DNA of 64,000 bases from Podarcis muralis (taxonomy: Eukaryota), in NCBI RefSeq assembly GCF_964188315.1, contig NC_135663.1, forward strand, positions 24,924,001-24,988,000, read 5' to 3'. A program made the translations under genes and the position numbers. The notes beneath the pieces are model-generated. The model made no database searches and was not told the DNA's origin. It was given only the letters and a program-made list of their open reading frames with translations. Shown one piece after another: positions 13,118 to 23,930 of this stretch (position 1 is the first letter of the stretch; each line of letters starts with the position of its first letter).

Positions 13118-14752
13118 CGGAATCTGGGGTGAGCAGAGAGGCAGTTTGGGGGTCGATGCTGGAGCTGGTAGGAAGCGATTGGTGAGTAAACAGCAGGATG
13201 GTTGCCACTTTTGCTGCTTGGTACAAAAAGGACCTAAGTACGGAGACCTTGAAGGCAAAACTTGCCCACCAAAAGTCCATTTCCCGAAAGGAGACCAGAC
13301 ACAAGGAGTTTAATAAAGGCAGGCAGTTTGGACTCACTGATGTCAATGCACAGGCATCAAGAAATGGTGAGTCTCCACTGCCGGAGGAGACAGGTGAAGG
13401 GTACTTACTAAGGAGCAGCACAAAGTCAAGCCAAAAATCAAGCGTTTCAGCTAAGTCTCATGCCTTCCCTGCCTTCCTTTCAAAATCAACAAATATACCG
13501 GTGCTTAACAAGCCAAAGGAGACGGTAACAAAAGGAGCAAGTGTGGAAATGCGGTTAACAAAGTCAAAGATGAAGAACCAATTGCAAGAATCAGTCAGAC
13601 CACTAGCTAGACCACCGCATTCAGTGATGGTACCTAGCAAGGGCTCCACTCTGCAAACAGCTCAGCATAACCAGAGGCAGATCTTCGTAGAGAAACCCCC
13701 CAAAGAGAGGAAAGGGGCACAGCCTACAACTTCCACAACTGCCGCTGGAAGAGTTACAGGAGCCACAGCTGCTGCTCTGACCAAAATATCACAGATATCC
13801 TGGCCTGCTGTGAATGCAGGTCTTCCGCTGCAGAAAAGCGAAACAAGGAATAGAAAACAGCAGCAGAGAGGGGTCAAAAATGCAAAGGTAACAGTGTTGT
13901 GTGGCATGAAAGAGAACCATTCAGTGGAGCCTCTTAAAGAAGGCGTGATCACCCAAATCCCTTTGGATACAGCCACAGAGCTGGTTAAAGATAACCTTCC
14001 AGCCCCTATCATCCTGGCTCTTGCACCACAAAGGAGAGAGTGCTCCTTTGCCCCTGAGAATTTTGTGTTCAAGCCTCCGGAGGGTTTGACTACCTACAAA
14101 GTCAAGCCAATGTAAGATGTGCTCCTGTCGCCCAATCTTTGCTGGAGCCCTGCAAAAGACCACCAGCAAAGTCCCTGGAGAAGGTGCTCTGGAAGTTTTG
14201 CCACAGGGCTGTGGGCTTAAACAGAAGGTCTCTAGCCCAGGAATGACAAAGGCAGTTCTTCAGGAACATCCATCTTGAATTTCCAGGTGCTAAAACAGAA
14301 TGTGTTAACTAAAGAAACAATGGATGCTACTCCCTTTGAAAAGCAGATCAATCCACAGAAAGTGGACCTGCCAGCAAGTGATTCGTCTGACCCAGCAGGA
14401 GAGCCACAACAAAATTGAATCACTCAAGTCCTTCCCAGGTTCTCTTCTCAGTGACTTCTCCTGCGATGGTGCAGTGCTTGAGCTTCAGCCCAAACTGGAT
14501 GGCAGCCTCTTCATCACTCTGAGGAACGAGGCGGAGAAATTTGCAGTTCCCACTCTGAGGAACGAGGCGGAGCGACCTCATTGTTTTCTCTCCCCTTACT
14601 TAATCAGAAGGGGCAAAATAAGTTTGATTTTTATTTACAAACCGGGGTGGGTGGGGGGAGTGGACAGAAAGAAAATTTACTGTGGTTTTTCTATGTTAAG
14701 TACTATTGAATGTTTAATAAAGCTGGTCTGTGTCTTCTCGGGGGGGGGGGGG
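13118..14752 (+). pseudogene. DLGAP5: Processed (intronless) DLGAP5/HURP retrocopy with open N-terminal ORF 13198..14115
   Basis: ORF start WYKKDLSTETLKAKLAHQKSISRKETRHKEFNKGRQFGLTDVN matches the recalled DLGAP5 N-terminus (RKDISTEMIRTKIAHRKSLSQKENRHKEYERNRHFGLKDVN). SFAPENFVFKPPEGLTTYKVKPM matches SFAPKDFMFQPLDGLKTYQVTPM. C-terminal DLIVFSPLT* at 14574-14603 matches NLITFSPL. AATAAA at 14716, homopolymer tail, 12-bp TSD agtaagctccac (13106-13117 and 14753-14764). Confidence 0.9.
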
Positions 14753-15418
14753 AGTAAGCTCCACTGTTTTTAAAGGGGCTTACTCCTAGGTAAGCATGCA
14801 GAGGATTGCTGTGTAAGGCTGAAAAATCTAAATATACTTACTAAGTGGTAAGCCTCAGTGAATAGTGAGACTTAATTGAACATACATAAGGTTCATTAAT
14901 TAACTGAACACACACAGGACTGAACTACAGAAGCAGAAACAGAATATCTACTCAAGGGAATATTCCACTATAACAGCAGCATAAGATTGCAAACAAAACC
15001 CATACATTTTTAAGGCATTTCCCTTCTGTCCATAAAGCAAGGCTCTGAGGAGATGCCAAATGCTGGTAAGACCAAAGTTTGACCTACTTTTTACCCCATG
15101 CAATAGTTACGGGTGTTCACCTCTATCAGTTTAAGAGCAGCATCCACAATCCCCTCAAGAGGAAAAACTCACGTAGAGGTACCACTCCGAGGCCAGTTGC
15201 CAAAATTGCAATTTTCGCTTTCAAAGTTGTATGCAAAAGATCCTTAAAGATTAAGGATGCAAAGGTGACAGAGGGAAGAAGTGCTATATAAAAAAACTAG
15301 TGTCTTCTACAGAAGTGTAGACCAGCTTGACGCTCCGACTGTATGCTTTGAACAGCTTTGTAACAACAAAAGGGCTCTCACAACACAGATGAACTGAACC
15401 AGGTCGAAAGCTTCTCTC

Positions 15419-18400
15419 TTAAAGGTCTGTCTTGTCTTCATACCGACACATACATGCTGCTCTTTGACTGTCAAGGTATGGCTTGCATCCTAAATGTATG
15501 ACTGCGTCAAACACTAGTTGAACTGTTGATTCACACGCTGCAAGGAGGAAAAAGCAAATAAATTTTTAAATTATTGTACTGAGGCCCAGTTGGCACTATA
15601 AAGAAACAAAGCATCCACTTAACCTAGACCCAACACAAGGTATGCAGCTTATTCTGCTGAATGACATAAGATGAAATTTCAATCTATTGAACAACCAACT
15701 TATACTTGTCACTTCCATCACCATCATTGCTCAGAGTAAGACCACCACCATGGGAATTGGGGTGGATGTGGAAATACGATCCATGTAGAGGTACCAGCTC
15801 CACACGTGCTTGAGATAATGACATGTAGTCAGCTATAAGGTGAGTGAGCCCTATATCTGTTTGGGCAAGTTTAAGGTTTGGTGGGCATCCGGTTCATAGC
15901 AATACACAAGCAATTCAGCTCCTGCAATAAGACAGAAGCTGCTTGTATTTTGCACTGCGCTGATCACAGCCTGCAAGATTTGGCTAACTCATAAGTGTGA
16001 CTGTGGCCAGTCTACACTGTGCCAAAAGTAGAATTAGCCCCAGAAAAAGACATTATGTTGTGACCTTCTTTGCACCAAACTTGCAGAAATCAAAACTGCA
16101 ATGAAGGCCTAAAATTAAGAACTGGCAGATAATAAACCATCAAGAGAAGTTTTTTATTCATCATATGGTAAATCTAATATTCACTCTCCACACTGCTATA
16201 GCAATTTGGTGGAATTGCTACATGCTAATGGCTTTGCTTAGGTAGGACATCTGCTAGGAGGACGTGTCTTTTTCACATTCTACTGTAAGGGGAGGAATGT
16301 TCAGTGGTGACACAAGATAGAGCAGCATTTGCAAACAGGATACCCTCCAGATGTTTCGGACCACAGTACAAAACCTATCCAGTCCAGGACTACACTCCAA
16401 AACCTACTGACCCAGCCAAAACCTATCCCAAAACATCATCTTACAGAGCTGCACAAGGAGAGAAGAATTCGACCAAACTGGGCAGCATAATCATGCATTG
16501 CTCAATGCAACATTTCCAGTATCAGGCAAATCCTTCCACTTTTGTGCAATGATGAACACAATCCATACTTCATCATCTGTTAGAAAGTGCTCTTCTTTAT
16601 TAGCTGCACACAGGCACTGGGAAAACTGAACAGAGTTAAGTCACGTTACTTTGTGCCTCCTGGTTTTATTATTTCTAATAAAACACTACCTACAGTTATA
16701 TGTCAGCTCTGTAAATATCTGTTATAGCTGCGTTATTCCAGACAAGCTTACCTTGTACGCTCTCTGGTATTCCCAGTGTCTTCTGTACATCTCTACAGAT
16801 CTTAGAGAGGCAATATTGAAACTCCTCGTCGCAATCGTGTTTTTTGTTGCCACAGGTATCGTAACACCTGTCATGTTGATTGCAGCATTTTGTCATTGAA
16901 GGAATGCCAATGTCAAACTGAGAAGCAAGTTATAATAGTCAGCATTCCTTGAGAACAGTTGTGAGACTTGTTATTATTATTATTTTTAATGTACTAGAAG
17001 ATGAAATTGTGTCTCCTGAGGGAAACTCATGTATTCTGTGGTTTTTATATTGAAATTTTATATTGTGAACCACCCTGAGATCTGCAGATGAAGGCTGGTA
17101 TATAAATATTAACAACAACTCCTCAGAACCAGCTAGAAGAGGGATGAATTTATGCTCCAAAAATATATCAAGAAGTTAATAAAACAGATCAAGTCTTAAA
17201 GGAGAATTTTAATAAACCAAATAAAGAAAAGCCCACAGGAAATTTAAGATGGAAATTGGAAAAGGATTTTCATCAGAGAAACCAAATTATAAAAGTTTCT
17301 CTAAAGCAGTCATGGGAGCAAAGATCTTGTTGGATTTGAGCTCCCATCAGCCTCAGCCAGCATGGCCAATGGTTAGTGATGGTGGCAGATGTAGTTTAAA
17401 ACATCTGGAGGATCACACATCTTAAAGTACCGGTAACTAGGAAAAGGGGAGCCCAGTTACTCAGTCTGGAGAAACTGGCACTTTGTTGTTCTAGTTAAGC
17501 ATATATTTCAGAGGAGCCGAAACCTAGAATTTGCACATTCAGAGACAAACTGATAATCTCATAGGGGTCAGAGAGGACTTTTTGAGCATATTGGCTGATA
17601 ATCTTGTAATGTGGTTTCCTGTAACAAAATTTACTAGCTTTTGCTGTACAGGATAGTTCTATTATCAGATTCTCAATGCATCCAGCACCCCGCCTAATAC
17701 CCTCAAGCAAAAAAAAAAAAAAGTGTTGATCTATCTACAGGACTAAGAGACAGCTTTTACACAACAGGAGCATTTAGGCTGGCAGAATAAGGGGTAGATA
17801 TCTTGACACGTGAGGTGGCAATGAAGGAGAAACAAATCCACAGTGCTTCTTCATGCAGTACATGGTTAAACTATGGAATTCGGATTTATGGGAGGCATTG
17901 ATCCATGATCAACCGAGATGGCTTTAAAAGAGGATTGGACAAAGCCATGGAGGGGAATGCTGCAGATGATGGCAGTAATGCTTCAGAATACCAGCTACTG
18001 GAAAACACAGCAGCGAAGAGTGCTGTTGCGTTCAAACCTTGCTTGTGCGTTTCCCACAAGCATCTGGTTGGGCCACCGTGACAATAGGATGCTAAACTAA
18101 ATGGGTCATTGGCAAGGCCCAGCAGGCTCTTCTTATGTGTTGTGCGATGGGATTCAGCTGGTGGAGTTGGCTGAATGCGGACAAGGTGCTGGCAGCTTAG
18201 ACGCCTAACTACATTTTCTCTAGACTTCTGCACCTCTTGGCTTACTGAATCTAGCAGAGAGAGTTTGACTAGTTGGGTGCAGAGTGTGGTTAATGTTTCA
18301 ATGCACGAACGGGTGGTCCCTGCAGCCTTGAAAGAGGCGGTGGTGTCATTACTTATAAGGAACCAGCTGTGGACCCCTTGGACTGGAATAACTACTGACC

Positions 18401-21400
18401 AATCACAAATAACTCCTTTCTGGGGAAGGTAGTGGAGAGTAGTGGTGGAACAGCTGAAAACATTATTGTATAACATAATCCCAATGTGGGTTCGGGCCTG
18501 GCCATGTAACTTTTTGTGCTAAAGCACCTGCACAAAGCATTTTTGTTTATCCAAAGCCTATCTAGACACAGATGTTGACTAGTTCAATCTTTTTCCTGTT
18601 AATTTTAATTATCTTTAAATGTTTAAAATAATTATAAACTGTTTTTATTAATATTATCTGTAAATCGTTTAGAGGTTTTACTACAATCAAGGGGAATAAA
18701 ATTTAATAAAATAATAATAATAATAACTGGCCACTGTCTCAGAATGAAGGTTCTCATATTTTAGACCTATACTTCTGAGGCTGCGAAGACTCCTCTTGGG
18801 AGACTGAAAGATTTAGTTTTTTTAATTTTTCAAAAGCGATTTTGAGAGAATAATCACAACACTTTGTGCTTAGATGAAAACAATAGCCTACTATTTACAT
18901 AAACTAGTTGCACATTTACTATTTATATATTACAGTCTCTCCATATAAATGTGAGTGTTTTCATAAATTTAATACAGGTTAATCCAGTTACATTGCCATT
19001 AAAGCATCTTTCCTTCTTTTCATCCAAGCACAGATGAAGCTACTGAGCAGGAGGAAGTACTTGATAAAAAGATACTTACGTGAACTCCAAAAAGAGGAGA
19101 ACCGCAGCCATTGGGTGGCGAAGGCTTATAGCCATAGCGAGGTAAAGGCTTATATCCTGTAAAATACAAAGAATTCTGAATATTCAACATGTTTTATTTC
19201 CACCTGATTAGATGTCTCAAGGCAGGAGCCAGTGAATAATATCCAACTGGTACAGATGTATATAAATTATCTGTACCGTAGAATTCAATAAAATAACCCA
19301 GTATGAGCTGTTATATACACTTGTGTGTTTGGAGACTTTAGCGTAAGGAAAATTAATTTATTACTACATTTAGATTCTATCTTTCCTCCAAGGATTTCAA
19401 AGGGGAGTCCACATGTTATCCTGACAAAAACCCAGTATTGGTTAGGCTGAGATGTGGTGACTGACTCAAGGTCACCCGGGGAGGATCATGGCTGAGTGAG
19501 GAAGTGAATCCTCACCTTCCAGGCCCTAGCCCAACTCTAACCACTACACCATTAACTTGGAACTACAGTGGCGTCCCGCAAGACGAATGCCTTGCAAGAC
19601 GAAAAACCCGCTAGACGAAAGGGTTTTCCATTTTTCAATGCGCTTCGCAAGACGATTTTCCCTATGGGCTTGCTTCGCAAGACGGAAACGTCTTGCGAGT
19701 CTTGCGATTTTTTTCGCTTTCCCCCCTTTTTCTAAGCCGCTAATAGCCTTTAATAGCCGCTAATAGCCTTTTAGCCGCTAAGCCTTTAATAGCCGCTAAG
19801 CCGCTAATAGCCTTTTAGCCGCTAAGCCGCTAATAGCCTTTTAGCCGCTAAGCCTTTAATAGCCGCTAAGCCGCTAAACCGCTAATAGCGCTAATCCGCT
19901 AAGCCGCTAATAGGGTTGCTTCGCAAGACGAAAAAACCGCTAGACGAAGAGACTCGCGGAACGGATTATTTTCATCTTGCGAGGCACCACTGTATTCTGT
20001 ACTAAGGGAGCAATCCTATGTTCCCTGGGAGAGCAGCTGAGTGGGGTGGGGAGGGACAGGATGATGGAGATCTTTCTCCTTGGGGGTGGAGAAGGAGTTC
20101 TGCTGCTGGAGGTGTTCCTAGGGCAACAAAAGAAAGCTCTGCTCCTCTTACTGGTCCACCATACCCAGACATAAGCTGTTTTATGGGCCTGTCAGAGGAG
20201 GCTGTGAATCGTCAGGATCCTAATTCCCCTCATGTGGCTCTCAAGAGGTTGTCCAGAAGGGAATGTGGCCCTTGAGTTGAAAAAATCTTTTTTGCTCCTC
20301 CAGAAGTGGCATCTCCTGCATCACAGAATCTCCCTTCCCTTAGGATTATTTAAAAAGATGCATTTCTCAAAACACATAGCATATCTAACAATTTAGGGAA
20401 AAGGTATACAACCATAGTTATGAAGTTATATTTTTAAGCAACACCGTTTAAAACGTAGCTTGTTTTCCACATAGCCATCTTCTCATCTCCTTGACCAGAG
20501 ATAACTAGGGGTAAACCTCAATCAAATTGGTTTTAAAAACTGGACTCCAACTGGTTAACCTGAACTTTCAGTGCTGATGAAGGAAGAATGGATTATTTTA
20601 CACAATGATTTCCAAATACTTCAATCCACAGTTTATCAAAGTGGTGCCTAAACAAAGAAGGATGTATTTATAAAAGCTTAGTCTTTCTGTAATATAATCA
20701 TTTGGCACCATTACAAGTTAACCTCAGACCTGACAACACTAAGAAGCACTCTGCTGGATCTGATCAAAGGCCCATCTAGTCCAGCATCCAAAACAAAGAG
20801 AACTTTGAGGTCATGATAAAACAACCAACAATACTAACACAGGCTTATTAAGCATCCAGGAACCAAGACAACAATGCACTAATCTTTACCGTCAACATTT
20901 TAAAAGGTCACTGTTGTTGGCTAGCATCACAAGTGAGATCCTAAGGACGCATGTAAGTATGCAAAGCTTTAAGATTGAACTGCCATAAGGTTGGCAAACG
21001 TATTTTAAGCGGCAGCTTTTACTCCTTTACATAGAATATGCCCCATTAAAGCTCAGTAGAACTTATAGGTCTGCATCTTTCAACCAAATGGACCCAGTGT
21101 GCACCTTCTGATCTAAAGAGAGTTTATTTATAACATTTATACGCCAGTGTGGCATGATAGTTATAATGTTGGACTAGGACCTGGGAGAGCAGGGTTCGAA
21201 TCCCCACTCTGCCAATGAAGCTCAATGGGTTACCACGGGCCAGTCACCATCGCTTAGCCTAACCTACCTCACAGGGTTGTTGTGAGGATGAAATGGGAAG
21301 CAGAACAATGTACACTGCCTTGATCATTGGAAGATAAAGGTGGTATATTAATGTAATAAATAAAAAAAACCTTGCCTTCTGAACCCAAGGAGGTACATAC

Positions 21401-22018
21401 AGGATTCCCAGGAGATCCCTTATCTGATCACACTTCATGCACCTTCCAAACTGTTTAGACTTGAACCTAACGCTTTCAAGATTCAGTAAAAAAAGGTAAA
21501 GGTACCCCTGACCAATAGGTCCAGTTGCGGACGGCTCTGGGGTTGTGGCGCTCATCTCGCTCTATAATAGGCCAAGGGAGCCGGCATTTGTCATGTGGCC
21601 AGTATGACAAAGCCGCTTCTGGCGAACCAGAGCAGCGCATGGAAGTGCCATTTACCTTCCCACCGGAGCGGTACCTATTTATCTACTTGCACTTGACATG
21701 CTTTCGAACTGCTAGGTGGGCAGGAACAGGGACCGGTACCAACCGGGAATTGCCGCGTTACCCTCCACCCCGCTCTCCCCACTTCTTTAGGGCACTATCG
21801 GCATTACCATCGCTGCACTTATACTGACAGAGCCCATCCTCTCCTCCCAGGAGATCCAAAGCAGCATTCAGGTAAGTGTCGATCTTGTGGACGCCGTTCC
21901 TGATGGTCTTCAGCGTCATCCTCCAGTCGGGGGTCTGGGCCTCCTGGCACTGGGCGGGCAGGGGCCGCATCCCCAGCAAGCCGCAGGTCACGAGAAGCGG
22001 CAGCAGGGCCCGGCTCAT
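15419..22018 (-). CDS. PLA2G12A: Group XIIA secretory phospholipase A2, 4 exons, 190 aa
   Basis: join(21808..22018, 19080..19156, 16752..16917, 15419..15537) = 573 nt. Signal peptide, TDWRMTLKTIRNGVHKIDTYLNAALDLLGGEDGLCQYKC, PPNGCGSPLFG, catalytic CCNQHDRCY, C-terminal YEDKTDL*. Confidence 0.97.
17790..18138 (+). mobile_element. CR1 LINE 3' end
   Basis: gatggctttaaaagaggattggacaaa...ggctcttcttatgt terminal pattern; bounds approximate. Confidence 0.65.
18200..18460 (+). mobile_element. L2-clade LINE ORF2 fragment
   Basis: Frameshifted ..VPAALKEAVV.LL..(LDP)..NY.P....PFLGKVVE motif. Confidence 0.7.
19566..19992 (+). mobile_element. Tc1/mariner-pogo-type MITE with internal AGCCGCTAA tandem array
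   Basis: TA TSD; TIR cagtggcgtcccgcaagacga; inverted sister at 59185-59520. Confidence 0.9.
21487..21750 (-). mobile_element. Sauria SINE, 3' portion (PLA2G12A intron 1)
   Basis: Reverse complement of the SINE body and ACCTTT tail. Confidence 0.75.
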
Positions 22019-22620
22019 CGTCTCTCCCGGGCGCGCAGGGGCCAGAGTGCCAGAACGCCGCCCACGCGTGGCGCAACGGAGCTCCGCGGATTCGGAGGGC
22101 TCGGGAGGGAGGCGCGCGCGCTGCCGGGCCGGCTAGTCTCCCGTTCCTCCCGCGGGCAGCTGCATTACGCACGTACAGTCGCCGCCGCAGGCAGCCGCCT
22201 CGCCTCCACGGCGCTTACCGCTCGGAGGCCACGGAAGCGCTACCATCCCGGACAAGCCCCTCCGGTCCCTGTTTGCAGGCGCGCCGTCCGCCTCCAGCAG
22301 CCCCGCCTCGGTCGCGTCGCGTCAGGGCGCTTCGGGCGCAGAGAAGGAAAGGGGGCGCGGCTAGCGCTCTCCCGGTAGGGAAAGAGGTCGTGGCGGTTGG
22401 AGGTAGGCGGTGCGCGGTGGGCAGGCTCTTGAAGCTCTTCCAGAGGCCTTAAAGGAAAAGCGCGCATTTTTTCCCTGGATCCCACGGCTTCCACTTCGGG
22501 GGTGGGTGGGTGACGGACCTGTATTACGGGGACAAAAGTCACCTTTCCCTCCCCACTGCGGGCGCAACGGCGCGCGATGGAGAGCGCACTGCTGAGCGAG
22601 TGTCGTTGTTTTGGCTCCAC
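21750..22620 (-). promoter_or_regulatory. CpG island / promoter of PLA2G12A (approximate bounds)
   Basis: Dense CpG around exon 1 and upstream. Confidence 0.75.
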
Positions 22621-22765
22621 CGCCTTGCCTAAGCTATTTTCACACCATGCTGTTTCTATTTTTCTTTTGGGGCTAGCTACCACAATTGGTAGAATCTTCT
22701 GATTGAGGGGAATAGATCAGTGTGGGTGGCTGACTTAAAGCAAGATTTGCTTCTGTGCACTGGTA

Positions 22766-22901
22766 TGCTTTCAAACTGCTAGGTTGGCAGGAGCTGGGAC
22801 AGAGCAATGGGAGCTCACCCCGTTGTGGGGATTCGAACCGCCGACCTTCTGATCGGCAAGCCCATGAGGCTTGGTGGTTTAGACCACAGCGCCACCCGCC
22901 T
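22766..22901 (-). mobile_element. Sauria SINE, 5' portion
   Basis: Reverse complement of the tRNA-like head. Confidence 0.75.
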
Positions 22902-22977
22902 TTTAACTATACTTCTGTGTCTATATTTGAGGTGGTATAGAGCCTATGTTGTATAGACCCGTGTTGTGCTTTGTTTG

Positions 22978-23930
22978 ACAATGGAGAACTGGTAGAATGT
23001 GTAGTGTAGATGGAGCCATACAGCATGAAGGCCTAAAAGGCCACTTTGTTCTGTATCTTGATGCAAGGCAAGGCCACCTGCCCACCATTCCCATTTGAGA
23101 GTTGCCCAAGCCTAACAGTGCGCAGATGTCAAAACCCAACAGCCCCCCCAATATAAACGATAGCTGTCAACCGTCCCTTATTTGGCGGGAAACTCCCTTA
23201 TCCCAGCCCCGTGTCCCGCTGCTGTCCCTTATTGATGATGTCCCTTAAATTTCCTGGGTTTCATGCTCTCCCGGCTTGGGAGGGAAGCAGCGGCTCGGGG
23301 TCCTCCGCTGCGAGAGCGCGCGCACGAGCTGCCGTGTCTCTGTCTCTCCCTTTTCCCCCTCGGGTGTGTCGTGAGGAGACGGGTGGTGGCGGGCGGGCAG
23401 GCAGCCCCTCTCTTGTGAGACTTCCGCCGTGCTGCCAGGGGAAGCCGGAGGCGGCAGTGGCTGAGTAGGCGGCCTGAGGGAGGTGGAAGAGGAGGGAATG
23501 GGGAGGGACGCAGAAAGGCGGTGCTTCAGCAGCCGCTGCGGCACCGCCTCCGCCTCATGCCGGGCTCGCGGGCGGCATGGGTAAGAGTCTCTCTCCCTCC
23601 CTCCCTCTCTCTTGGGCGGGGAAGGGCCTATGGAACTCCTCGCGCCAGGACAACGGCAGCCCCGACGTGCTGCTTAGCATACCCTCCAACCAGTGCAGCA
23701 TCTTAATGTAGTGATTTCCCCCTCTGCATCCCTTTCATAACTCTTTCATAACTGCAAAACAGCATGGCTCCATCAGTGCCGGATTTATGTATAAGCAAGC
23801 AAAATCCCTTATTTTGGCTGCTGATCCCTTATTTTCGAGGCTGCTGGTCCCTTATTTTCAAATCTGTAAGTTGACAGCTATGATATAAACTCAACTGCAG
23901 TTCACTGTGGTCCATTCACCTCTAGTGGCC
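22978..23930 (-). pseudogene. Degenerate duplicate of CFI exon 10 plus adjacent intron, interrupted by a hAT element
   Basis: 23891-23930 matches 27635-27674 at 32/40 nt. 23100-23158 matches 27569-27634, and 22978-23100 matches the intron at 27462-27570. Reads ..[20 protein letters not shown]; the splice donor is lost. Confidence 0.85.
23159..23882. mobile_element. hAT-type non-autonomous element (CATAGCTGTCAAC family), 724 bp, CpG-rich interior
   Basis: Perfect 8-bp TSD atataaac; the terminal ~65 bp match 6211-6275 in reverse. Confidence 0.9.

Noticed and set aside
17886-18476. 196-aa minus-strand ORF
   Set aside because: Antisense to CR1 and L2 fragments; not an independent gene.
21819-22683. 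ORFs around PLA2G12A exon 1 and at 23211-23706
   Set aside because: CpG-island and transposon-interior artefacts.
21487-22901. Idea that PLA2G12A exon 1 sits inside one split Sauria SINE
   Set aside because: The two SINE pieces overlap in consensus position and lack shared TSDs; two independent truncated copies are simpler, and the gene is far older than the SINE.
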